From Chloropicon primus (taxonomy: Eukaryota), in NCBI GenBank assembly GCA_023205875.1, contig CP060754.1, positions 310,001 through 374,000 on the forward strand: a stretch of DNA of 64,000 nucleotides, written 5' to 3'. Shown piece by piece: positions 41,845 through 52,364 of this stretch. The number at the start of each line of letters is the position of its first letter. Positions within the stretch are counted from its first letter, which is position 1. The position numbers were made by a program, and so were the translations under genes. Below the pieces are notes generated by a model. The model had not been told where the DNA came from. It saw nothing but the letters and a program-made list of their open reading frames with translations, and searched no databases.

Positions 41845-43068
41845 ATGGAGGTGATGAGCGCGAGCGCGAGGAGGGTGGTGGGCAAGTCGGGGAGGTCGAG
41901 GTCGGGGGCGGGCCAGAGGGGTGGAGCGAGGTGCCGATCCTCCGCGCGGGGGGTAGGAGCGGGTTTGATGGCGTGCCACGGTGGAGCGCACCTGTCGGAG
42001 TCGAACAAGGCGGAGCTCGAGAGGATTGCGGGTCTCATCGCGACCCCTGGGAAGGGCATCACCGCCTGCGATGAGGGTCCCGGCACGATTGGGGGCCGGT
42101 TCGAGGCCGTGGGCCTCCAGAACTCCGAGGAGGCTCGCCGGTCCTACCGCCAGATGCTCTTCGAGACGGAGGGGTCGGCGGACTACTTGTGTGGAGCGAT
42201 CTTGGACCCGGAGACCCTGTACCAGCGCTCGTCCACGGACGGGGCCCTCTTCCCGGAGAAGCTTAGCGCCCTTGGGGTCGTTCCAGGCGTCAAGCCCCAC
42301 CTGAAGGTGTACTCCTTGCCTGGCCAGGGCGGGGCCACGGTGATGCAGGGGCTGGACAGCTTGGCGGCGAGGTGCGAGGAGTATGCCGAGGCTGGAGCCA
42401 AGTTCGCGAAGTGGAGGAGCCCCCTCGAGATCGACGTGACCGCGGGGCAGCCGTCCTCGCTCACCATCCAGACCAACATGGACGACCTGGCCAGGTACGC
42501 CCTCATTTGCCAGGACAACGGCTTGATGCCTATCGTGGAGCCTGATATTTCTCTCAAGGGCTGCCATGACTTGGAGACCGCGGTTATGGTGAACGTGCAG
42601 GTCCAGAGCGCCTTGTACAAGGCCATGCTCGACCACGGGGTCTTCATGGAGGGGGCGACGCTGAAGCCCAATATCGTGAACCCCGGCCTGGACTGCGAAA
42701 AGTCTTACACCGTGGAGGAGATCGCAAAGGCGAACATCGACGTCCTGAACCGATGTTTCCCGTGTGCAATGAAGGGCGCGAACTTCTTGTCCGGCGGCCA
42801 ATCCCTCGCCGACGCCTCCGCGAGGCTGAGCATGATGAACCAGATGAAGGGCACGAGCCCTTGGAACTTGTCGTTCTCCTGGAGCGCGGCGTTGCAGCTG
42901 CCTCTCCTCGACCTCGCCAGGGAGACAAAGACCCTTTGCCTCGACGAGATGTCGGCCCTGTACCTCGAGGAGCTCAAGATAGCCGGAGCCGCTGCCAGGG
43001 GAGAGTACACTCCAAAAGGAAACGAGGGCGCCCACGTGCCAAAGCAAAAAGTAGTTGTGAACGCATAA
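41845..43068 (+). CDS. Class I fructose-bisphosphate aldolase-like protein (divergent), probably organelle-targeted
   Basis: PGKGITACDE, QGLD.L, FAKWR, LARYA.ICQ..GL.PIVEP, LKPN (Schiff-base Lys), FLSGGQS and PW.LSFS. Confidence 0.88.
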   Translation: MEVMSASARRVVGKSGRSRSGAGQRGGARCRSSARGVGAGLMACHGGAHLSESNKAELERIAGLIATPGKGITACDEGPGTIGGRFEAVGLQNSEEARRSYRQMLFETEGSADYLCGAILDPETLYQRSSTDGALFPEKLSALGVVPGVKPHLKVYSLPGQGGATVMQGLDSLAARCEEYAEAGAKFAKWRSPLEIDVTAGQPSSLTIQTNMDDLARYALICQDNGLMPIVEPDISLKGCHDLETAVMVNVQVQSALYKAMLDHGVFMEGATLKPNIVNPGLDCEKSYTVEEIAKANIDVLNRCFPCAMKGANFLSGGQSLADASARLSMMNQMKGTSPWNLSFSWSAALQLPLLDLARETKTLCLDEMSALYLEELKIAGAAARGEYTPKGNEGAHVPKQKVVVNA

Positions 43069-43171
43069 AAATTTTCATCCAAGTCATCGCCCTCCATCCG
43101 CAATCCGCAATCCGTTCACACACGACGGCCCCAGTTCACCCCCGGAACTCTCGCGACGAGGAGGAGATAAG

Positions 43172-43978
43172 ATGGCGAAGGCGTTGCACTCGTTCGACGG
43201 GACGGGACGGGTGAGGGTTCCCGCGGCTAGGTCGGGGCTGGGCCCTCCCTCGTGCTCCTCGCGAGGATGGACGGCGCTCGGGAGGCATTACGGAGCCACC
43301 CGGACGTGTCGGCGGGTTCCCGCTCCACGGACTCTGGCTCTGGGTTCTACCGAGAACGAGGAAGTGGGGTCTCTGGAGGAAAGGCACGAAAGGGACGAGA
43401 AGCTGAAGGCCGCAGTCGGTGACTTCCCGGAGTCGGTCACCGTCTCGGTGACTTCCCTCCCGAGCCGGAACCTGCGGGAGCTCGTGGCCTCGACGCACAT
43501 CAACGCGCCGGCGAATATGGTTTGGGATACTCTCACGAGCTACGAGACCTTGCACGAGTTCATTCCGGGTCTGGCGGTGAACGAGTGCGTGGAGCGCACG
43601 GAGCGCGGAGCGACGTTGCTTCAGATAGGGGAGGCGAACACTGCTGTTGGGTTTAGGTTCAAGGCGAAGGTTCTGCTAAAGATTGAGGAGCACGTGAACG
43701 GGGTGAACGAGGGCCACAAGTTCAGGCGGGAGACGGAGGAGGGGAGGGTGAGGGACATCACTTTCGACCAGCTGGAAGGCGATTTCAGGGAGTACGAGGG
43801 CACTTGGAAGATTCTCGGCGGTGATTTGGAAGAGTCGTGCAAGCTCGTGTACATGCTTCGAGTGAAACCACAGCCTTGGCTCCCCGTGTCCTTGGTCATG
43901 ATGAAGGTGAGCCAGGAGGTGAAGGTCAACTTGGCTTGCGTTCGCATGCAGGCAGAGGCCACGAAGGTTCAGGTGTGA
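43172..43978 (+). CDS. Polyketide cyclase/dehydrase (START/SRPBCC) family protein
   Basis: I.AP…VW..LT.YE.L.EFIPGL and F…EGDF..YEG.W, after a transit-peptide-like N-terminus. Confidence 0.85.
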   Translation: MAKALHSFDGTGRVRVPAARSGLGPPSCSSRGWTALGRHYGATRTCRRVPAPRTLALGSTENEEVGSLEERHERDEKLKAAVGDFPESVTVSVTSLPSRNLRELVASTHINAPANMVWDTLTSYETLHEFIPGLAVNECVERTERGATLLQIGEANTAVGFRFKAKVLLKIEEHVNGVNEGHKFRRETEEGRVRDITFDQLEGDFREYEGTWKILGGDLEESCKLVYMLRVKPQPWLPVSLVMMKVSQEVKVNLACVRMQAEATKVQV

Positions 43979-44078
43979 TTTAAAAAAAAAAAAAAGCTAA
44001 GATTAAAAGCTTGTACGAGAAAATCTTAAAACTGCTTGCCAAGTCGCATTCCCACGACACTCACTTCTCTCCCTTGCC

Positions 44079-45254
<1,176 letters not shown>

Positions 45255-45719
45255 TTATCTCTCGTGCGTCGACGCTCTCTCCCTCGTCGGCGTTGTCGTT
45301 GTCGTTGTCGTCGTCGTCGTCTTGTGTCTCACCGTCTTGTCTTCGCCAGCGGTCGGTTTGTCTCTCCCTCGATGACGAGACAGGCGCGTGCAGTTCAAAA
45401 TACTAAGGATTTCTACAGGAGCGTTTCCCGCCTCTCACTAAAGTGGGAAATCTACTTCCTAGCCATGCACGTGACTGTGGAGATGGGTCGGTCTCCAACA
45501 GGGCTCCCTGAGGTGAGGGGACTCGGGTGTATGAGGCATCGATCGATCGAGCTTGAAGCAAGGCTTGTCCGTCTTGAAGACGTCGTCCAAGCCCCCGGTG
45601 GACTGCTTCTCCCTCGCCAGTCTTTTTTCTTTCTTTCTTTTTTGATAAATTTGATTAAAGGTGAAGAACAATACAAATACAATGGCGGTTTGGCTGTGCG
45701 CTTTTCGTGGTGGGCCGGT

Positions 45720-47228
45720 CTACGACGTGGCCTCCGCCTTCTTGGGCTGGACGGAGGCGTTCGGTTGCATGCCCAGCACGGCCCCGCTGTTGTTGTTGTT
45801 ATTATTGTTGTTGTTGTTGTTGTTGTTATTGAAGACGGGTAGGCTGGATCCCAGGACCTGGAGCGCGGGCAAGTTTTTCACGTTGTTCGCGTTCCCCAGC
45901 TGGGCGGAGGCCTGGCTCAGGAACTGGGCCGCTGCCGCTGCCGCTTGGGAGTCGCTCCCCTGCCCCTGGGGCATCGCCTGCGGGGGAATGGCCGGCATCC
46001 CGCCGCTAAATTGTGCTAAAGCTGGGGCGAACTGCGCCAGGGGGTTCTCGGGGACCCCGGCGTTGGCCCCGGCGTTGGCCAGCGCGGCCAGCGTGGCCGG
46101 CTGGGCGGCCATCTGCATCATCATCTGCGGCATCAGAGCCGGCTGGGCGGCCATCTGCATCACCATCTGCTGCGGAAGGTTGGCCACCTGGCCCACGGCC
46201 CCGGCCTGAGGCCCCAAGGCCGCCATCTGCATCATCATCTGAGCCTGCTGCGGCAGGCTCCCCGCGGCGTTCAAACCCCCCGCTTGCGGATTAAGGGCCG
46301 CCAGGGCGTCCACTCCCCCCTTTCCACCGCCCTGCGGCAGTCCCTGGGGGTAGCCAAGGAGGGACAGGAGCGCGGGATTCGGCATCAGAACCTGGTTTTT
46401 CAGGCCGTCCTCCGTCTGGAGCCCGAGGGGGGGCGCTTGCTGCCCCACGTCGTTCTGCCCCTGCACCTTCGCGTCCGCGGGCTGTTGCTGCTGCTGCTGC
46501 TGCTGCTGTTGGAGGAGGTTCTGGGGGTCCAGCGGCAGTTGGAGACCCGCTGGAAGCCCCCCGGCCGTGATGTTCATCCCCATCGTCTGCATCAGGCTCG
46601 CTTGTTGCATTCTCTGGTGGTAGTAAATCAGGTGGGCAATGTACACGTGGTTGGCGCACCGCTTCAGGGACTTCACCGGGGCCCGTGGGTTCTGTTGCTG
46701 AAGGTTCGGCTGGGGCGCCATGCTGGTGGGCGTGAAGTTGGCCTGCTGCCAGGCCATCATCTGAGAGTACAAGTTCTGGCTGAACGCCGGGTGGGGGAGT
46801 CCCTGGGGCCAAGGGTTTCCTGGGACGCCTGCCCCGAACTTGGCGCCCTCCTGCTTCACCCCGGCCTTGTTCACGCCGAAGCCCCCCTTTCCGTTGGCGA
46901 AGACGTCCTTCTTGCCGTTCTTCGCGCTCTTCCTCATGTCGTGCTCCTCCTTCTTCCCCCTTCCTCTCTTGTTGAGCTCCGAGTTGGGCGCCTCGTCCCC
47001 GTCCAGGTCGGGGCTGCCCGCGAGGTTGGCCAGGTCGAAGAGCGCTTCAGCCACCTCCTTCTCCTTGTCGCTCGCCGCCTTCGTGAGCCTCCTCTCCGGG
47101 CTCCTCTTGTTCAAGTTGTTCATCTTCCCCTTCATCCTGTTCTTCGTCTCGATGGGGTCCGGCCTCTTCACGGCCGTGCGAGCCCGCTTGGGGATGGTCG
47201 CCGGCAAGCTCTCGCCGTCCCCCGACAT
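45720..47228 (-). CDS. TIME FOR COFFEE (TIC)-like Q/N-rich nuclear protein
   Basis: ATG at 47228. EKEVAEALFDLA and LKRCANHVYIAHLI resemble the two short conserved TIC motifs; poly-Q and poly-N tracts follow. Probable upstream introns have donors near 47647 and 47379. Confidence 0.6.
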   Translation of the reverse strand: MSGDGESLPATIPKRARTAVKRPDPIETKNRMKGKMNNLNKRSPERRLTKAASDKEKEVAEALFDLANLAGSPDLDGDEAPNSELNKRGRGKKEEHDMRKSAKNGKKDVFANGKGGFGVNKAGVKQEGAKFGAGVPGNPWPQGLPHPAFSQNLYSQMMAWQQANFTPTSMAPQPNLQQQNPRAPVKSLKRCANHVYIAHLIYYHQRMQQASLMQTMGMNITAGGLPAGLQLPLDPQNLLQQQQQQQQQQPADAKVQGQNDVGQQAPPLGLQTEDGLKNQVLMPNPALLSLLGYPQGLPQGGGKGGVDALAALNPQAGGLNAAGSLPQQAQMMMQMAALGPQAGAVGQVANLPQQMVMQMAAQPALMPQMMMQMAAQPATLAALANAGANAGVPENPLAQFAPALAQFSGGMPAIPPQAMPQGQGSDSQAAAAAAQFLSQASAQLGNANNVKNLPALQVLGSSLPVFNNNNNNNNNNNNNNSGAVLGMQPNASVQPKKAEATS

Positions 47229-48558
47229 GCTCTCTTCGCGCGCGCGTGCGGTCGGTCGCAAAGGTGTCTCCCTCGGAGAGTCTCAGGCAAAAGAGCGCGC
47301 GCGGGTTCCCCTGCTTCCTCTCTCGACCGAAAGCTGCGGGAAGCTAACAAAAAAAAAAGTTCGGATAACTGGGACTCACGCCTCACGCGAGCGGCGATTG
47401 CTTCTTCTCTCGGTACAGTACTCGCTCCAAGCTCCGCGCTGAGCCATAATAGTCTGCGCGCGAACGAGGCGGGGGCCAGAGGGTGTCAGAGCCGCGATCG
47501 CATTACAGAGGGAAACAGGCGGGTGCTCGGGGGACGGGCGAGAACCGTCGGGTCAGGGAAACGGGCGGGCCCCGGCCCCGGGGGCGTGCGCCAGGGGCGC
47601 GCCAGGGCGGTCGGAATCCCCCGACGCGGCCGAGCGCGCGGACTCACCTTTCAACGTCTCCTCCACGGGCTCGGGCGACTCAAGAACCCACCCGGATGCG
47701 CAGCGCGCTCGCCTACTCGCCCTCGCAAGGCTCGTGCCGAGGTCTCCCCCACTGTGCCTCCCCAGAGGGTAAGGCGCGCGAAGGTCTCCCAAGGGCCTCC
47801 GCAGGCGTGCTCGCGGGCCGTCCTCGACCTCAGCGGGGATCCAGAAGCCGCTTGCGTCTGCTCAACCCCACCTCAACCAATGCCAAAGCCTCCCTGCGCT
47901 ACCTCCGCACGACAAGCTCCCTCCCTCGCAAGGCTCAAGTCCAGCGTCCCTCGCTCGCTCGCTCTCCTCGGCCTCTAGTCCCCCGGTGCTTGACATGCGA
48001 GTTTCTACACGAGGGGCAGACCCCCCACCCAAATCTCAAAATCCCCCGACGCTCGATCTAAAACAGATAACACCGCGTTTCTACTGGGCTCGGGATAGAA
48101 AGGCCTCGGGGATAGAAAAAGAGGTTTCCTCGTTGGCTCCTCGGGAAAGAGGGGAAGAGGAAGAGGAAGAGGAAGAAGATATTAAGGGGCAGGCGAAAGC
48201 GGACAGGGGGCTCGAGCTCATCCCCACCAAGCTCAGTCTCCCGGGCAGGGAACGCACGTGATGAAACTCTCATCTTTCGGCGAATGACAAAGTAGATCGA
48301 TCGTTCGATCGAAACAATCCAGGGTTCTTTATTTTCGGCCTCCTCTCTCTCTTGGTCTCTCTCTCGGTCTCTCTCTACTCTGGCAACCACAACATTGTTG
48401 TCCTGTGGTTTTCGACAGCGTGTGGATTCACCACGTCACCACCACCGTGGCCATGTGTGACGGACGGACGCTCTTTCGTTTTGGGAAAACTTCATCCTCC
48501 TCTTTTTCGTTGAGGAAAAGGTAAAGGTCGTCGGTCGATCAATCGATCGATCACGACA

Positions 48559-49671
48559 ATGATCCTCGCGACGACGGCGATGCTGCTGCGCTGCGGGCAG
48601 TTGGCTCGGGGGGTCGCCTCCGCCGCGGGGCGGCCGCCCTGGAGCACTCGGGTCGCCCCGGTGCCGCCCAACACCCTGGTGGACGTCCTGGGCGCCCCGT
48701 CCGGGGACGTGAGCGTGGGGAACGGGGACCACGACGCGGTCGAGCTCTCCCTCGACGACGCCCCGGGCACCGCCCCGGATCCCAGGGTCTCGATCGGGCG
48801 CCAGGCCGGGGACGCGAGCGGGAAGCTCGGGCCCCTCGTCCGGTGCCGCTTCCCGCCGGCGTCCTCGCCAGGATCACCCCAGCAGCTGAGAGCCAGGATC
48901 CCGGAGCGGTACTGCTCGCTCAGGCTCCGCGCCCCCGGGGGAGGGGCCTCGGTCGAGGGCGTCGCGGAGGCGGGCCTGGACCTGAGGGCGAGGGACGCCG
49001 CGAGGGTCCGGTCGGTCAGGGGGAGCGTGGTATCGATCGAGAGCGAGCGGGGGGACGTGGTCGCGGACAGCGTGTCCGGGTCGGACCTGAGCCTCCGGGC
49101 GACCCGGGGCCTGGTGGAGGCCAAGAAGGTGGTGGGCTTGCTGGTGAGGGTCTCCGCGGCCAAGGGGGCGTCCCTGAGGTCCCTGTACGCCGAGGAGGCC
49201 TCGGTGGAGAGCGAGGGGGGCGACGTGGCCCTCGGGAACGCGGGCTGCCGGTCCCTCCTCGTGAACGCGGGCGGAGGGGCCGTCAAGGTGGACGGGGTCT
49301 CCGGCAACTTGAGGGTGGCGGGAGGCAAGGCCTGCAGCGTCAACCTGAGTAGGGACTGCAAGAAAGTGGAGATCCTCGGCGTGGAGGGGGAGGTCCGAGT
49401 CACCGCGGAGCCGGGAAGGAGGATCAAGTGCTCGATAGACGCCGAGGCGGTGGCCTTCGGGGAGGGGGTGACGCTCGACGAGGACGGGTCCTTCATCACG
49501 GTGGAGGGCGAGATGGGCGCGAGGGCCCCGAGGCTGGAGGGCGAGGACGGCGCCGAGGAGGCGGATAGGGAGCTGGCGGTGACCTCGCCGAAGGCCAAGG
49601 TCGTCGTCTCGGGCAGCTCGTGGCTGACGGACATCCTGAAGAAGAGGGGAGTTCCAACGAGAAAAGAGTGA
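48559..49671 (+). CDS. DUF4097/FAM185A-like beta-strand-repeat protein
   Basis: A presequence-like N-terminus and repeated S..G.V beta-solenoid-like units. Confidence 0.6.
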   Translation: MILATTAMLLRCGQLARGVASAAGRPPWSTRVAPVPPNTLVDVLGAPSGDVSVGNGDHDAVELSLDDAPGTAPDPRVSIGRQAGDASGKLGPLVRCRFPPASSPGSPQQLRARIPERYCSLRLRAPGGGASVEGVAEAGLDLRARDAARVRSVRGSVVSIESERGDVVADSVSGSDLSLRATRGLVEAKKVVGLLVRVSAAKGASLRSLYAEEASVESEGGDVALGNAGCRSLLVNAGGGAVKVDGVSGNLRVAGGKACSVNLSRDCKKVEILGVEGEVRVTAEPGRRIKCSIDAEAVAFGEGVTLDEDGSFITVEGEMGARAPRLEGEDGAEEADRELAVTSPKAKVVVSGSSWLTDILKKRGVPTRKE

Positions 49672-49800
49672 GCTGAAAAAAGAAGAATTGTGAACGTCTG
49701 CTCTTGGGTTACTACCGAAACCTCCTCGTGCTGTGCTGTAATTTAATTCGATCTCTACAACGCCCACGCTCTTGCTCGTCCTGTGCTCGCATCACCCTGC

Positions 49801-50997
49801 TCACGAGAGGGGCTTGAAGACGCTGATGGACGCGCGCCTGTTGGGGGTCTTGCCGTCAAGCTCCCAGCCCTTGGTCTTGGCCTTGGACGCCGTCTTCTCC
49901 TTCTGCACGACCTCCTTGGACATGTCGATGCAACTCTTCCTTCTGATCTTCCCCCTGGAACCCTGCTTGGACTTCCCACCCGGATCCAGGACGTCCATGA
50001 TCGACCCTCGCCTCCCGTGCCTGTTGTGGGCACCCGTGGCGTCGTCCACCTTGAACAGGTCGTTCCTCTTGGAGCTCGCGAAGGCGGCGCCCTTTCCAGA
50101 GCCCGGCGTGTGGCCGGCGGACTTTCCCATGAAATCTTTCGTGGACTTTCCCACTTCCTTCCTCGGCGTCACCCCCGTCCCTAGAACAGAGTTGCGCCTG
50201 TTCTTCTCTATCCTCTCCCTCGTCTCGGGCGACATCGCCTTGTGCTTCAGGGCCACGCGCTTCATGAACCTCTCCATCTCCTTCCTTCTCATCGCGATCT
50301 CGATGTCTTCCGGGATCTTCGGGGAGTTGTCCTCCGTGCTCCTGGCGGAGACGGACGAGGCCGGAGAGTAGTCCTCCGTGCCAGACTCCATCTTCTGGTT
50401 CTCAGGGGTGACGTAACCCTGCTCCATCAGGAGGGCCTCCATGGAGCCCGGAGAGCTGTTGCCAGACTTTGGCGTGCCCATTGCGTTTCTGTACCTTGCC
50501 GTTCGTGGGGAGACGGTGGTGGTGCGCGCGAACTCAGGTACCAAGTCTCCTTCGTCCTTGTCGTCGTCCACAACTTCGCCTTTGAGCAAAGATGGGAAAC
50601 TTTGTGGGGTGAGGGGGTCGTACGATCTGCTTCTGCCTCCTTCCTCGGTCTCCCGTATCAGCTGCTTTATCGGACCGGTCAAGTTGTCCGCAGACTCGAG
50701 TATCTTTTGCAGTTGCTCGTCGAGGGTGTCCGAATCGCAAAGCTTGTTCTGCCTCGCGCGCCAAACAAGGGACACAAAAGGAATTGAAGAGGAAACCCGA
50801 CAACGAAAACGTCGATTCGGTCAGTCAGCCCATTCGGCCCCAGGGCACAAGAAGGAGGACGCGTGCCCTCTCCGCCCCCCTCCCCCGATCCGTGAGTCTT
50901 GGCGCGGGAGCCAAGCGAAAACAGCCAAGCCCTCACTCACCTGAAGCAGTTGTCTCGCGATTTCAACGTATCGTGGTTGCGGGTTCTCCAAGTTCAT
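49801..50997 (-). CDS. Hypothetical protein; exons 50997-50941, 50748-49801
   Basis: CAG|gtgagt…gcag|AAC phase-0 intron. The product is hydrophilic and low-complexity with several RRxS sites. Confidence 0.6.
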
Positions 50998-51491
50998 TCG
51001 AGCATGGTTCTCCCACCCTCGTCGTCCAATAATCCTGTTTCCTGCCTGCGCGTGCCTGCGTGCCTCTCTGTGTGTTGTGCCTCTCTCGCCCGTCCCTCGT
51101 CCCTGTTTCGAGCCACCGCCTACCCAAGCCGCGAGTGATCTGGTGATGGTACCAATTTTACGGGGACTCGTTTCCCAAAAATCCCAGTCCACAGTCCCTT
51201 CACCACCACATCCATGAAGGGACAAGAAAGGAAAGAGAGAGAGGAAGAGAGGAAGAGAGGAAAGAGAGAGGGAGAACCAGGCTGTTTCAAGACCAGCCTA
51301 CCACACCACCAAATCATCTCTCTCATCCCCCCGGAGCCAGGAGAGGATTCCTTTCCCTCTTCCTTTTTTCAAGTGTGGTTTGAAAATTCAGACATTTCCG
51401 ATGCTGGCGGATGTTCAAAACGAAGGGGGAGGGGAGCGACAGTCGACAGAGGTGGTCGTCAGGGAAACCGAACGAGGCAAGAGGGAGAGGT

Positions 51492-52115
51492 ATGACGGCG
51501 GAAGTGAAGGGGCAGCAGGACCTTGTGGACCTGATAGAGTGGAACTCTGTGGAGGTGCTGAACCAAAGCAGCGGTCACCCTTGGGTGAACGCCGTGAAGA
51601 AGGGGTACAGGGATGATCCGGGCCTCTACCTGGAGAGCGACTGCGACGAGCAGCTGCTGATCTACTTGCCTTTCACGCAGCAGGTGAAGCTCCATTCGCT
51701 TCTGATCCAGGGGCCAGAGAGGGAGACGGCGCCGTCAGCCATCAAGGTCTTCGTGAACCGAAGCTCCGTTGGGTTCGACGAGGCCGAGAGCGAGGTGGGC
51801 ACCCAAACCCTTGAGCTGGAGTCGGACGACGTGCTCGAAGGAAAGCCGGTGGCTCTCAAGTACGTCAAGTTTCAGAAAGTTCAGAGCGTCACCGTATTTA
51901 TCAGTTCGAACTTCGACGACGAGGATGGTGAGTAGTAGCAGTGCAGCGTTCGCTTCTTGTGGTTGTGTACGCCCCGAAGTTCGTCTCGTTCCTGACTTTC
52001 CCCCTTTCGCTCCTGTTTCCCAGTGACCAAACTCTCGAAGCTCGTCCTGTTCGGCACCCCCCAGTTCACCACTAACATGGGGGAGTGGGAGAAAGCCTGT
52101 AAGACCTGAGGCTAA
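51492..52115 (+). CDS. PITH-domain protein, candidate selenoprotein (Sec at 52107-52109); exons 51492-51927, 52024-52115
   Basis: PITH motifs LESDCDEQLLI..PF.Q.VKLHS, P..IK.F.N, LKYVKFQ.V.S and T.L.KL.LFG. The tail reads …GCC TGT AAG ACC TGA GGC TAA. The PITH call is firm; Sec decoding is inferred. Confidence 0.88.
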
Positions 52116-52165
52116 AGCTAGCCACCTGCAGCAGGTGGCTTGAAGCAAACACCCAGCGGCGGGGG

Positions 52166-52233
52166 GCGGGTGCCTCGATGACGGCCTTTGAACTCAAAGC
52201 AGACGCAAGCAGAGGCCAGAAAAACCAAACCGC
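52166..52233 (+). promoter_or_regulatory. Putative type II SECIS element
   Basis: ATGAC at 52178-52182; helix GGCCTTTG (52183-90) with CAGAGGCC (52210-17); AA bulge; CT/AG pairs; apical AAA (52196-98); mini-hairpin GC-AGAC-GC; 3' AGAA (52218-21) giving tandem G.A pairs. TGTAA poly(A) signal at 52261. Confidence 0.72.
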
Positions 52234-52364
52234 ATCAGTGTGCCCTCCCGCTCAACTCCTTGTAATATTATTATGCACAACTTGTGCACCTTCTCACACC
52301 AGCTAAAAAGAATATTTGATATTCATAAAAAGGATTGTAGTTGCTTATTGTTCAAGTGCTCTGT

